Shown here: piece by piece, positions 1 to 9,829 of the stretch
How positions within the stretch are numbered: the first letter of the stretch is position 1
Layout of the letters: the number at the start of each line of letters is the position of its first letter
Source of the DNA: Bispira polyomma
Taxonomy: Eukaryota
DNA length: 64,000 nt
Direction of reading: 5' to 3'
Assembly: GCA_965649765.1 (NCBI GenBank)
Contig: OZ287759.1
Location: 11,966,001-12,030,000 of the forward strand
Program-made: the position numbers and the translations under genes
The notes under the pieces: model-generated
The model's input: only the letters and a program-made list of their open reading frames with translations
The model's database searches: none
What the model was told of the DNA's origin: nothing

Positions 1-100
1 TTTCAGCTCTGACAGCTCACAAACAGCTGTCAAAACAAAGACCAGGCAATCAAGTGAAAAGAGGTTGCCCTCAGAAAATAACAGCCAGAGTATCAGCCTA

Positions 101-1306
101 ATGTGTGAAGGCCTATCTGATTCTCCCTGCCCACATCACAGAAAGGGGGAATGTGTCAGATTGTGTCAAGGTGATTTGATGTTGTGTTATGACTGTGAAC
201 ACACAAGATTTCCAAGGGGGGCTGCAAATATAAACACAACTATGAGACAAACCAATACGGAGAAGGAAACCTGCCCTAATCCCATTATCCAACCACTTTT
301 GTCTTATGTTGTATTCTCAATGCAAACAGGCACAATAGAAAACATTAAGAAAGCAGTTCTCACTCATTTTCCAGCTGAGGCAATCAATGAGGCTAAGAAC
401 ACATTATGGTTAGTTAGTGATATGACCATAATAGGAGAAAAGTCAAATCGTCAAGACTCCAGTAAACGATCAGAGAAGGAAGCTCATGTGACTGACTTAC
501 TGTGTGCACTACAAAAATTGGATAAATATAACAAAATGCCTTTGTTTGTTGTTGATGCGTTAAGTCTGGGTATGATACCAAGGGCTCGTCCTGAAGAGTT
601 AAACAGTATGTCATTTATAGACAGACATAATAAACTTGAAGATCAGGTCAGTCAGCTGCAACTTGCTGTGGACAATATACTGGCCCATAGTATCAACTTG
701 CAACAGACTTTAAATAAAGATACAGAGAGGAGCTACGCTTCTGTGTGCCAAAGAAATAGCTTACAGAGTGCTTGTGCTTCCCCTGCACATTCCCCAGTAA
801 TGTCAATGGTACAACACTCCAGCATAAAACCAATACAGACTAGACATCAGAGAAAGACTAATCGGCCAGATAAGAGTGATATCACCACTACAGACAAAGC
901 TTCTCACAGTGTGGACTTTGACTTACCAACTAGTCAGCTTAAACGCATCCGCCGCCAAAATAACAAACGCAATAATATCATTAAAGGAACAGCTAGCACA
1001 GTTAAAGTGAAAGGTGCGCCAGAACCAACCAGGGATTTGTTCATATACAGGGTTGATAAAGGCACAAACACAGAGGACCTACATACACTCATTACTGAAA
1101 ATGGATTCAGTGCCATTCATCTGAACTGTATTTCTAACTCTGAAGCCAAATATAAGTCATTCAAGTTAACCGTGCCAGTATCCCAGTTCAAAAATCTTTT
1201 CATGGATAATATTTGGCCTATTGGTGTATGTGTTAGAAAATTCTTCCCACCTAAGGAAAAAGTCAATGATAGTGATGAAGCTCAACTACCAAATTCAAGA
1301 CAATGA
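101..1306 (+). CDS. LINE ORF1 protein (N-terminal Cys/His finger, coiled-coil, C-terminal RRM-like region)
   Basis: First ATG at 101 in the ORF 65-1306. Motifs CPHH..C...C.....C..C, the heptad region KLEDQVSQLQLAV, and LFIYRV...YKSFKL...WPIGVCVRKF. Lies directly upstream of ORF2. Confidence 0.8.
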   Translation: MCEGLSDSPCPHHRKGECVRLCQGDLMLCYDCEHTRFPRGAANINTTMRQTNTEKETCPNPIIQPLLSYVVFSMQTGTIENIKKAVLTHFPAEAINEAKNTLWLVSDMTIIGEKSNRQDSSKRSEKEAHVTDLLCALQKLDKYNKMPLFVVDALSLGMIPRARPEELNSMSFIDRHNKLEDQVSQLQLAVDNILAHSINLQQTLNKDTERSYASVCQRNSLQSACASPAHSPVMSMVQHSSIKPIQTRHQRKTNRPDKSDITTTDKASHSVDFDLPTSQLKRIRRQNNKRNNIIKGTASTVKVKGAPEPTRDLFIYRVDKGTNTEDLHTLITENGFSAIHLNCISNSEAKYKSFKLTVPVSQFKNLFMDNIWPIGVCVRKFFPPKEKVNDSDEAQLPNSRQ

Positions 1307-4227
1307 CTACAAATTTAAAAATTACCTCCTACAACAGTCACGGTAGTGGCCCTGGAAGATTAGCATATATAGATAGTTTATTGAAAAACACTAACTTCAT
1401 ATTTATTCAAGAACATTGGTTGTTTGATGATCAGATTACTCTGTATGAAAAACATATCTCTGATATTTCTTATGTATTTAAATCTGGTATGAATCCTAAT
1501 ACTATTAATCGTGGCAGACCTTTTGGTGGGGTAGCAATATTATGGTCTAAAAGCATGAAGGACAGTGTTAAACCAATTTTAACTCAATCCAAAAGGCTTT
1601 GTGCTGCTACTGTTAACTTACAATTTGGTACTGTGCTATTGTGTAATGTATATATGCCAACATATTCTGAAAACCTAGATAAGTATACTAGAGAGTACTC
1701 CTCTGTTCTAAATGAAATTGTCTCAATCTGTTCTGTAAATAATTGTAACCATCTTGTTATTGGTGGTGACTTTAACCTTAGTTTTGATAGAAATGCTGAT
1801 ACAAAACATATTAAGTTGTTAACAAACTTTATGGATAAACTGTCACTTAAGTGTCCTTTGAATTTAGAATTGTCAAATGTGTTATACACCTTTGGTAGTA
1901 AAGCTAGCAATGCCAGGTCCATTATTGACCATATGTTGGTGAGTGATAGTCTGTTCAATTATGTCAATGGCTACTGCTCATTTCATGATGTAAGTAATTT
2001 CTCAGATCATAACCCAATACAAGTCGAGCTGAATATCCCCAGTAAGTACGATAATACTACAGTGTGCTCAGATAATTATATACCATTTCCATGTTGGGAA
2101 AAGGCTAATACAAACCATATAGCTAATTACAAATGTAAACTTGGTGTTCTTTTAAAATCTATAAGAATACCACTAAATGCTATATATTGTAACAATGTAG
2201 ACTGTAAACATCATGGTTCAAAAATCCAACAGTTTCATGATGACATTGTGAATGCATGCACTAAAGCAAGTAATAACACTATTCCTGTACGTCGTCGAAA
2301 AGATAAAAAAAGTTCACATAATGTACCAGGGTGGAACGATAGTGTAAAACAATATCATGATACAGCAAAGTTATGGCATGGTATTTGGAAGGAATGTGGT
2401 TGTCCACATAGTGGTCATGTTGCAAAAATACGTAGCCACACCAGGGCTAAGTACCATCAGGCTGTACGTGTGGCTAAACGAAACTGTGACAACATTATTG
2501 CTGAAAAGATGGCTCAGAATTTGCTTAATAAAAATACACATAACTTCTGGAGAGATGTAAGAAATGTCAAAAAAGCAAAAACTTCTATCCCAACTTGTGT
2601 TGATAATACTACTGGCGAAACACAAATTAGTAATTTATTTTGTGAAAAATATAAGTCTTTGTATAATTCAGTATCTTATAGTATTCCAGAGATGTGTGAT
2701 ATTTATAAAGATATTGATGTAAACATAAAGGAGAAGTGTTTATGCTCCAAGTGTTATAATAATCACTGTATTAATGTAATTGATATTCAACAAGGTTTGT
2801 CAAAACTAAAAAGTGGAAAAAATGATGGTCTTACAATGTGTACTTCTAACCACCTGTTAAATGCATCTGTTAAACTAAGTATTTACATAGCTCTTTTATT
2901 TAGTGCAATGATAAAACATGGTTTTACCCCAAGTGGCATGTTGCTGTCAACAGTTATACCCATTCCAAAAAGCAAACATAAATCTTTGAACTCCTCTGAT
3001 AATTATAGGGCCATTGCTTTGAACAGTATACTTGGTAAGTTACTAGATTCAATAATTCTTGAAAAAAATAAAACAGTTTTCTTAACTTCAGACTACCAGT
3101 TTGGCTTTAAAAGTAAACATTCCACCTTAAATTGTTCATTTGTTGTACAAGAAGTCATACAATATTACATAAATAACCAAACTGATGTGTATACTATGTT
3201 ACTGGATGCAAGTAAAGCATTCGATAAAGTACATTATTGTAAACTATTTAAGCTGTTATTAAAAAGAGAACTGTGTCCTGTCACAGCCAGGTTCCTGGCT
3301 GTTATGTATACACACCAATCCCTTCGTGTTAAATGGGGTAATAGTTTATCTAGCACATGTACAATAAGTAATGGTGTAAAGCAAGGTGGTGTGCTCTCCC
3401 CACTATTATTCACTGTATATATAGATCAATTATTAATTCAGTTGACAGATTCTGGTTGTGGATGTCATATTGGGATTGATTATATGGGCAGCTTTAGCTA
3501 TGCTGATGACATCATTCTTTTAAGCCCCACATTAACTTCGTTACATGTGATGCTTAAGGTATGTGATAGATTTAGTGCTGAATACAATGTATCATTCAAC
3601 CCTGATAAATATCAGTTATTACACTATACAGAGTCACAGGCTATAGATGGCTTAATGTTCAATAATATATTTATAAAAACTAAAACAAGTGCTGACCATC
3701 TTGGTATTGTTCTTAACACCTGTGATACTAATGTAAATATAAAGAATGCTACAGACAAATTTTATGTCTGTGTTAATAATGTAATGTCTTTCTTTTCACA
3801 TGTGAATTCCAGTCTGAAGTATAAGTTATTTAAAACATACTGTATGTCTCTTTATGGTGCAGTTCTGTGGGATTATACTACTAAAAATGTAAATTCTTTC
3901 TACACTGCATGGAGAAAGAGTATTAGATATATGTTTGGTCTACCGTACAAACTACACTCTATATACCTACCTTTGTTGTGTGAAGATCTACCCATTGACA
4001 TTCAATTACATAAGCGTGTCTTAAAGTTTGTCATAAGTGCTGTGATTAGCTCTAACAAAGTAATAAATTTATGCAGTAAATTACTCCTAAACGGTAGTCA
4101 GTCTCCTGTATGTAATAGTTTCAACCTGATTGTATATAAATATAAAATTAATAGACACAATGTAAGTTACAACTTCTTCTGTCAATCAGTTAATCGAAAT
4201 ATATGTAACTTGTACAGTGAAAATTGA
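1303..4227 (+). CDS. LINE ORF2: apurinic-like endonuclease + reverse transcriptase
   Basis: APE motifs SYN, IQEHW, GDFN, IDH, SDH; RT motifs QFGF, LDASKAFD, GVKQGGVLSP, YADD. Confidence 0.95.
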   Translation: MTTNLKITSYNSHGSGPGRLAYIDSLLKNTNFIFIQEHWLFDDQITLYEKHISDISYVFKSGMNPNTINRGRPFGGVAILWSKSMKDSVKPILTQSKRLCAATVNLQFGTVLLCNVYMPTYSENLDKYTREYSSVLNEIVSICSVNNCNHLVIGGDFNLSFDRNADTKHIKLLTNFMDKLSLKCPLNLELSNVLYTFGSKASNARSIIDHMLVSDSLFNYVNGYCSFHDVSNFSDHNPIQVELNIPSKYDNTTVCSDNYIPFPCWEKANTNHIANYKCKLGVLLKSIRIPLNAIYCNNVDCKHHGSKIQQFHDDIVNACTKASNNTIPVRRRKDKKSSHNVPGWNDSVKQYHDTAKLWHGIWKECGCPHSGHVAKIRSHTRAKYHQAVRVAKRNCDNIIAEKMAQNLLNKNTHNFWRDVRNVKKAKTSIPTCVDNTTGETQISNLFCEKYKSLYNSVSYSIPEMCDIYKDIDVNIKEKCLCSKCYNNHCINVIDIQQGLSKLKSGKNDGLTMCTSNHLLNASVKLSIYIALLFSAMIKHGFTPSGMLLSTVIPIPKSKHKSLNSSDNYRAIALNSILGKLLDSIILEKNKTVFLTSDYQFGFKSKHSTLNCSFVVQEVIQYYINNQTDVYTMLLDASKAFDKVHYCKLFKLLLKRELCPVTARFLAVMYTHQSLRVKWGNSLSSTCTISNGVKQGGVLSPLLFTVYIDQLLIQLTDSGCGCHIGIDYMGSFSYADDIILLSPTLTSLHVMLKVCDRFSAEYNVSFNPDKYQLLHYTESQAIDGLMFNNIFIKTKTSADHLGIVLNTCDTNVNIKNATDKFYVCVNNVMSFFSHVNSSLKYKLFKTYCMSLYGAVLWDYTTKNVNSFYTAWRKSIRYMFGLPYKLHSIYLPLLCEDLPIDIQLHKRVLKFVISAVISSNKVINLCSKLLLNGSQSPVCNSFNLIVYKYKINRHNVSYNFFCQSVNRNICNLYSEN

Positions 4228-4776
4228 TAAATTATGGTATCTTGAGTGACTGTATCCTATTAAGAGATACAAATAATAAATTTACAGGTAATGAGTTATA
4301 TGACATTATTGAATATGTTGGTACTAATTAAATTACATGTATCATTATATTTGATCACATGATCAAGATGTTATAACTGTATATATGTTTTTGTTGTTCT
4401 TTCTCAAAAAATGTTCCCGCAAATTGTGTACAATATTGTACGATAAATAAATAAATAAATAAAAAATAAATAAAAAAACACAATAATCAAAATAAAATGA
4501 GAAATTAATAAAAATATACTTTGACTGCACATTATTTCCCAAAATGACATTTTAAATTTTTTTGTGTCCCAGTATGAAACAACGTAAGTAAATAAAAGTA
4601 AACTAATCTAAATGATGGTCAAAACGCCTGAAAAAAAAAGAGGGTCGAAACGTACTAAAGGTCAAAACATCTGGTAATCATTAGTACATAATTAAAAGTT
4701 GTCTTTGGGTACTGTTTGTAGATACCCATATCAGGGTTCCTTCTAAAACTCAGGAGGCGATTGCCTACCTCCCAGG

Positions 4777-5244
4777 TAGACCGAGCTTTAGACCGAATAA
4801 TCTGTCCCTATTTAGCGAGATTCCCTGCTGATAATTGGACGGCTGAATCACGAAAAGGGACAGAATGGCCTCTATAAGGAAAACGTAAATTTAAACTAAC
4901 GTAACATGACCGACAGTGTTGTGCCAGTGATTTCGTTTTTATTTTATATTAATTGATCTGTACCTCGTTAGCATAAAGTAACAGAAAATCAGCTACTTTA
5001 TCATATATAAGGAATCATGGAATGTATTTATTTATACCAGATTCTATGTCTTTATATGCCGATTTTGATTTACAACGCTTTCCTATGGAAGCCGTTCTGT
5101 CCCTTTTTGTGAGTCCATTGGCAAAATAACAGCAAGGAATCTTACTAAATAGGGACAGATTATTAGGTCTAACCGAGCTTCTGTCCCTAGCTGGCCCACC
5201 ATCAAAAAAATCAAAGCATCAGCTAGGGACACAAGCTCGGTCTA
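4777..5244. mobile_element. Two nested TAGACC...GGTCTA MITEs, each with a 9-bp TSD (AcademH-like, tentative)
   Basis: Outer element 4777-5244 is flanked by CCTCCCAGG (4768-4776, 5245-5253). Inner element 4789-5171 has ~40-bp TIRs and is flanked by ACCGAGCTT (4780-4788, 5172-5180). Confidence 0.85.
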
Positions 5245-5611
5245 CCTCCCAGGGCGATTAGGAAAAATCGCCTAATATCACCTAATGCACAATATACAGG
5301 GTTAGGAAAACAGCCCAAAATTGCCTAAATCTTGGGTGCCTACTACACCTCGGACTTCTTCTCAGATCTCTGACTTTTCTCGGACTTTTGTGGCGATCGC
5401 CACTACCCCATCCCCCCCTATCGCCACTACCCCTCCCCCCTAACGCCACTGCCCCCCCCCCCCCCTCGGACTTATGGCGATCGCCACTACCCCCTCCCCC
5501 CCTATCGCCACTTCCCCCACCCCCTCAGACTATTGCCACTGCTCCTACCCCCCCCTCATATATTTATATGATTAAAAGTGATTGTAGTTAGTACTAGTAC
5601 CATTCAATTAT

Positions 5612-6040
5612 ATCACAGAACCTAACTTCTAAGGATTACACACATACAGATACACACCTTTGATATTCAAAATACCTTTAACTTTATTGATGTGTGTGCC
5701 ATTGTCTGATTGTAATTAATCAATTTACTATGCAATTCAATCACAGAACCAAACTTCTAAGGATTACACACATACAGATACACACCTTTGATATTCAAAA
5801 TACCTTTAACTTTATTGATGTGTGTGCCATTGTCTGATTGTAATTAATCAATTTACTATGCAATTCAATCACAGAACCAAACTTCTAAGGATTACACACA
5901 TACAGATACACACCTTTGATATTCAAAATACCTTTAACTTTATTAGTGTGTGTGCCATTGTCTGATTGTAATTAATCAATTTGCTATCCCATTCTATCAC
6001 ATGTAATCACAGAACCTAACCTTTAAGGATTACACACTTA
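5612..6040. repeat. 128-bp tandem repeat, ~3.3 copies
   Basis: Unit ATCACAGAACC(T/A)AACTTCTAAGG... starts at 5612, 5740 and 5868, with a partial copy at ~6007. Confidence 0.92.
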
Positions 6041-6178
6041 TGACGATTACCACTACCCCCTCCCCCCCTATCGCCACTGCCCCCACCCCCTTGGACTCTT
6101 GCCACTGCCCCTATCCCCCCTCATATATTTATATGGTTGAAAGTGATTGTAGTTAGTACCATTACCATTCAATTATAT

Positions 6179-8452
6179 CACCTGTATACCTGTTTACCTC
6201 CAATACGGGTAGAAGGCAGTTATGCCTGTGTAAACCCGGTCTTTGCTTGGTTAATTGTGTCTAAAGTTGTGCACATGCTTGGCAGTAGCTGCTTCGTCAT
6301 GTGTAAAATTTTATTGAAAATTAACCCAAAACTTGTCTAAACCATTCTTAAAAATGTTAATATTCTTAGCATTTACAACTTCAGGTAATGAATTCCAGTC
6401 GTCAACTGTTCTGTATCCAAAACTGTGTTTTCGCACATCTAATCTAGATCTTTTCTTGAACAATTTGAAATTGTGACCTCTGCTTTTTCTAGGATTCTTC
6501 TCAAATATTACATTTGAATCTGTTGAAAACACCCCAGTCATGAACTTGTAAACTTCTATCATGTCACCTCTTTTACGTCAATACCTCATTGATGGAAGCC
6601 TCAGAGTTCTTAGTCGGGCTCCATATGATAACCCTTTCAGTGTTGGAATCAAGCGGGTAGCTCTCCTTTGAACACGTTCAATTGCCATGTCATCTTTTAT
6701 ATATTTTGGACTCCAGATTGAGTTTCCATATTCCAACAGAGGACGTACTAATGACTTGTATAGTTGGCATAGTATCTTTTCATCAAAGTTTACAAAATTT
6801 CTTTTTATAACACCTAGGACAGAGTTTGCTTTTTTGACAGATGTATTAATATGTTCAGAGAATTTCAGTTCATTATCAATATGTACACCAAGATCTTTTT
6901 CAACCTTGGTCTCATCTAAATCACACTAACACCCAATTTATCCAGCATTGTATATTCAAAATAAAGATTTCCATATCCTAAGTGCATTATCTTACATTTT
7001 GTTGCGTTGAAGTGTAGTTGCCAAGTATCTGACCATTTACAAAGTGAGTGAATATCTGACTGAAAATTAATTTTATCTTCAACGGACATAATATCAGCGT
7101 ACATCTTAGTGTCATCAGCGAATAAATGAATGTAACTGTTTACAACATCAGGAAGATCGTTAATAAATATTACAAATAATATTGGTCCAAGGACACTTCC
7201 CTGTGGAATTCCACTCTCTCCATGATGAGTACTTTCCGTTTACATTGACACGCTGTTTTCTTTCATTAAGGAATTGCTTTATCCATTCCCACAAATACCC
7301 ACATATGCCATAACTTTTTATTTTATTCAGTAATCGCTGGTGGGAGACTGTGTCGAATGCCTTCGCAAAGTCTAGGTATACTACGTCAACTGGACTACCA
7401 GAATCAAGTAACTCTGTCCATTTTTCCAATACAATAAGTAGCTGAGAAATACAAGACCTCCCTGGGACAAATCCACGTTGCTTTTCATTAAAAAACTTGT
7501 TTTTTAAACATATGTTCAACTACACTGTCCCTTACAAATGATTCCATAACTTTACAAATAACTGATGTTAAACTTACTGGTCTATAATTTTTGTCACCTT
7601 TCTTGAACAGGGGCATAATGTTATCCATCTTCCAGGATATTGGTACACTTCCTTCATGCAGTGATTGGTTGAATAGATGTGCCAGAGGTTTATGAATAAC
7701 ATCACTCATTTCTTTTAACACACGTGGGTGGAACCCATCAGGGCCAGCTGATTTGCTACCTTTTAAATGACTTAGCTTGTTTTTCACCATATCGTCATCG
7801 ATTTGAATATTCTTCAATAATTCCTCGGGTTCTCGATCTTCAGTTTTAGGGACGAAACTTAAGTCTTCTCTTGTAAACACACTGGTGAAGTAATCATTTA
7901 ACAACTCTGCCTTTTGTGCATCGCATTCTATTAAGCTGTCGCCACTTTTTAATACTGAGATACCAGTTCTGGTCATGATTTTCTTGTTCACATAGTTCCA
8001 GAAAGCTTTAGGGTTATCTTTAACTTTTGCTGCAATATCTTTCTCAAAATTCTTATGTAATTGCCTTGTTAATTTACGAACTTCATTTCTTTCTTTCACA
8101 TACAATTTATAGTCCTCAGAATGTTTAGTGTCCATGTACCTCTTCCAAAGTCTATACTTTTTCTTTGTTTTTGACATTGTATATTTATTCATCTATATAT
8201 TTCTTCTTTGGTCCTTCTTTTTGGCACCCGCACGAGGCACACACTTTTCAATCGCATAATTCATAATGTTACTAAATTTATTCCAACACTCTTCTGTATT
8301 ACAGTTTTTAAAAAACTTTTTAAAGTCATAATTTGATAAAATTTCTTTCATTTTTTCATAGTTTCCTTTATCAAATTTATATTTGACATTACTAGAATTG
8401 TTGTCACAAGAATAGCAACTTAGGTTTACATTTAAGACAACATGATCTGAAC
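6179..8452 (-). mobile_element. 5'-truncated, frameshifted CR1-type LINE
   Basis: Fragmented ORFs 7488-8192, 7160-7519, 6916-7104 and 6311-6562 with NPKAFW, SAGPDGFHPRVLKE, YRPVSLTS, LDFAKAFD, RGHNFKL, WNSLP, FKNGLD. Confidence 0.92.
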
Positions 8453-8740
8453 ATCATATGCAATCACAGAACCTAACTTCCCCCCACCCTATCGCCACTT
8501 CCCCCCCCTCCCTATCGGCACTCCCATTTGATTTGTGCATCGCCGTGGCGATCGCCACTCGGATCGCCACAAAAGTCCAAGGTATAGTATGTACCTAAAT
8601 CTTGGGAGGTAGCTCTAAAATTGCATTAAAAATTAAAATCGCCTAAATCTTGGGAGGTATCTGTAAAGAAAGTCAATTTCCAAATTCATTAAACCCTGTC
8701 CACTGCATAAGGTAGAATAGGTGGCAAGTATTTAATTTAC

Positions 8741-8948
8741 CTTGTTTTAAAACCTTATCCCTGGCCTCTTGGTCAAGCACAAGTTCTTTCGGTGGGCGTC
8801 GCTCATCTTTTTTGAATGGATTTTTCCCTGACTTGGGTGCAGAAAACAGCAGAGAAACAGCAGCAATGAACACAACTAACAACCCAATCGAGATTATAAT
8901 CCCAGGGTTGTTAATAAGGAATGAAAGTATACTCATGACAAACGACAT
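8741..8948 (-). CDS. RETSAT: First coding exon of an all-trans-retinol 13,14-reductase (retinol saturase) homologue
   Basis: Hydrophobic signal/anchor followed by NPFKKDERRPPKELVLDQEARDKVLKQG, which matches the RETSAT N-terminal motif ([27 protein letters not shown] in human, from memory). Phase-1 donor G|GTAAAT at 8741/8740. Downstream exons were not found in the window. Confidence 0.85.
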
Positions 8949-9424
8949 GTTGGCTTTTTGCTGTAAAAACCTAAATTTTCAGGACCAGCAGACAGCTTGT
9001 CAGTGTAGGGCGAAGGTCAGGAATCTTTGCCTTTCACCGAACGACAATAAGTGTAGAAAATGTTCGGTTGTTTCTAAACCTCGAAAAAGCCACAGAATTC
9101 CGTCACGAAACGGAAAATCGCCTAAAAATCGCCCAATATATAAATATATATATATATATATATGAACAAAAATGGCACTATGAGTTACCTAAAATCATTA
9201 ATATTCAACCGATTTGTATAATTTAAATACCACTGTAATCCTTATAACAAGGGACATGTATAGATGCCAAAAGAAATAAGCAAACAATAGGTTGAATATA
9301 TATTTATTGACATCAAAGAACATACACAAAGAATTTTTATCAACATACAATTATAGTACACCTAACAACATACATTAATTATTTTAATCAATATGCATTT
9401 ATGTCACATCAAACATGTATTTGT

Positions 9425-9600
9425 ATAATTACTTACTCCCATAACCTTTTAACTATTCCCATAACCTATTACCTACTATGGTAGTTAATTACCTACTCTG
9501 GTAAATAATTACCTGCTCCCATAACTAATTAACTACTCTCATAACTACTTACCTACTCTGGTAAAAAATTACCTACTTCCATAAATAATTATCTAATCTG
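9425..9600. repeat. Degenerate ~20-bp tandem repeat
   Basis: Recurring TAATTACCTACTCT(GG/CA)TAA-like units. Confidence 0.7.
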
Positions 9601-9829
9601 GTGCTAATATTGGTGAATAGAATTAGCTATTGATGTTACTAATTAACTACCAGAAAAAAATGTTGTTTAAATGATAAAAATCTGACAATAATTTCTATAC
9701 AAATAATATTTTAAACGCTAATATGTACATTTTGTATATTATATAAGGTTTCTATGGGTGTTTAAATTATTAAAATCAGACATATATTGACTAAGCTAGA
9801 GTATATTTACTGCAAGGGGTCTGTTACTT

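Larger units (their letters stand above)
1..4480 (+). mobile_element. Near-intact non-LTR retrotransposon (ORF1 + APE-RT ORF2); clade uncertain, possibly Proto2/RTE-X-like
   Basis: Two tandem long ORFs, a short 3' UTR and an (AAAT)n tail at ~4444-4480. The 5' end lies at or before the window start. Confidence 0.93.
5341..8589. mobile_element. Non-autonomous TIR element (TACTA...TAGTA ends) with internal C-rich and 128-bp tandem repeats, interrupted by CR1
   Basis: Left end TACTACACCTCGGACTT..TTGTGGCGATC is the inverse of right end GATCGCCACAAAAGTCCAAGGTATAGTA. Internal repeat motifs resume at ~8460 after the CR1. No TSD recognised. Confidence 0.55.

Noticed and set aside
5388-5591. Proline-rich ORF
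   Set aside because: Translation of C-rich repeats inside a non-autonomous element.
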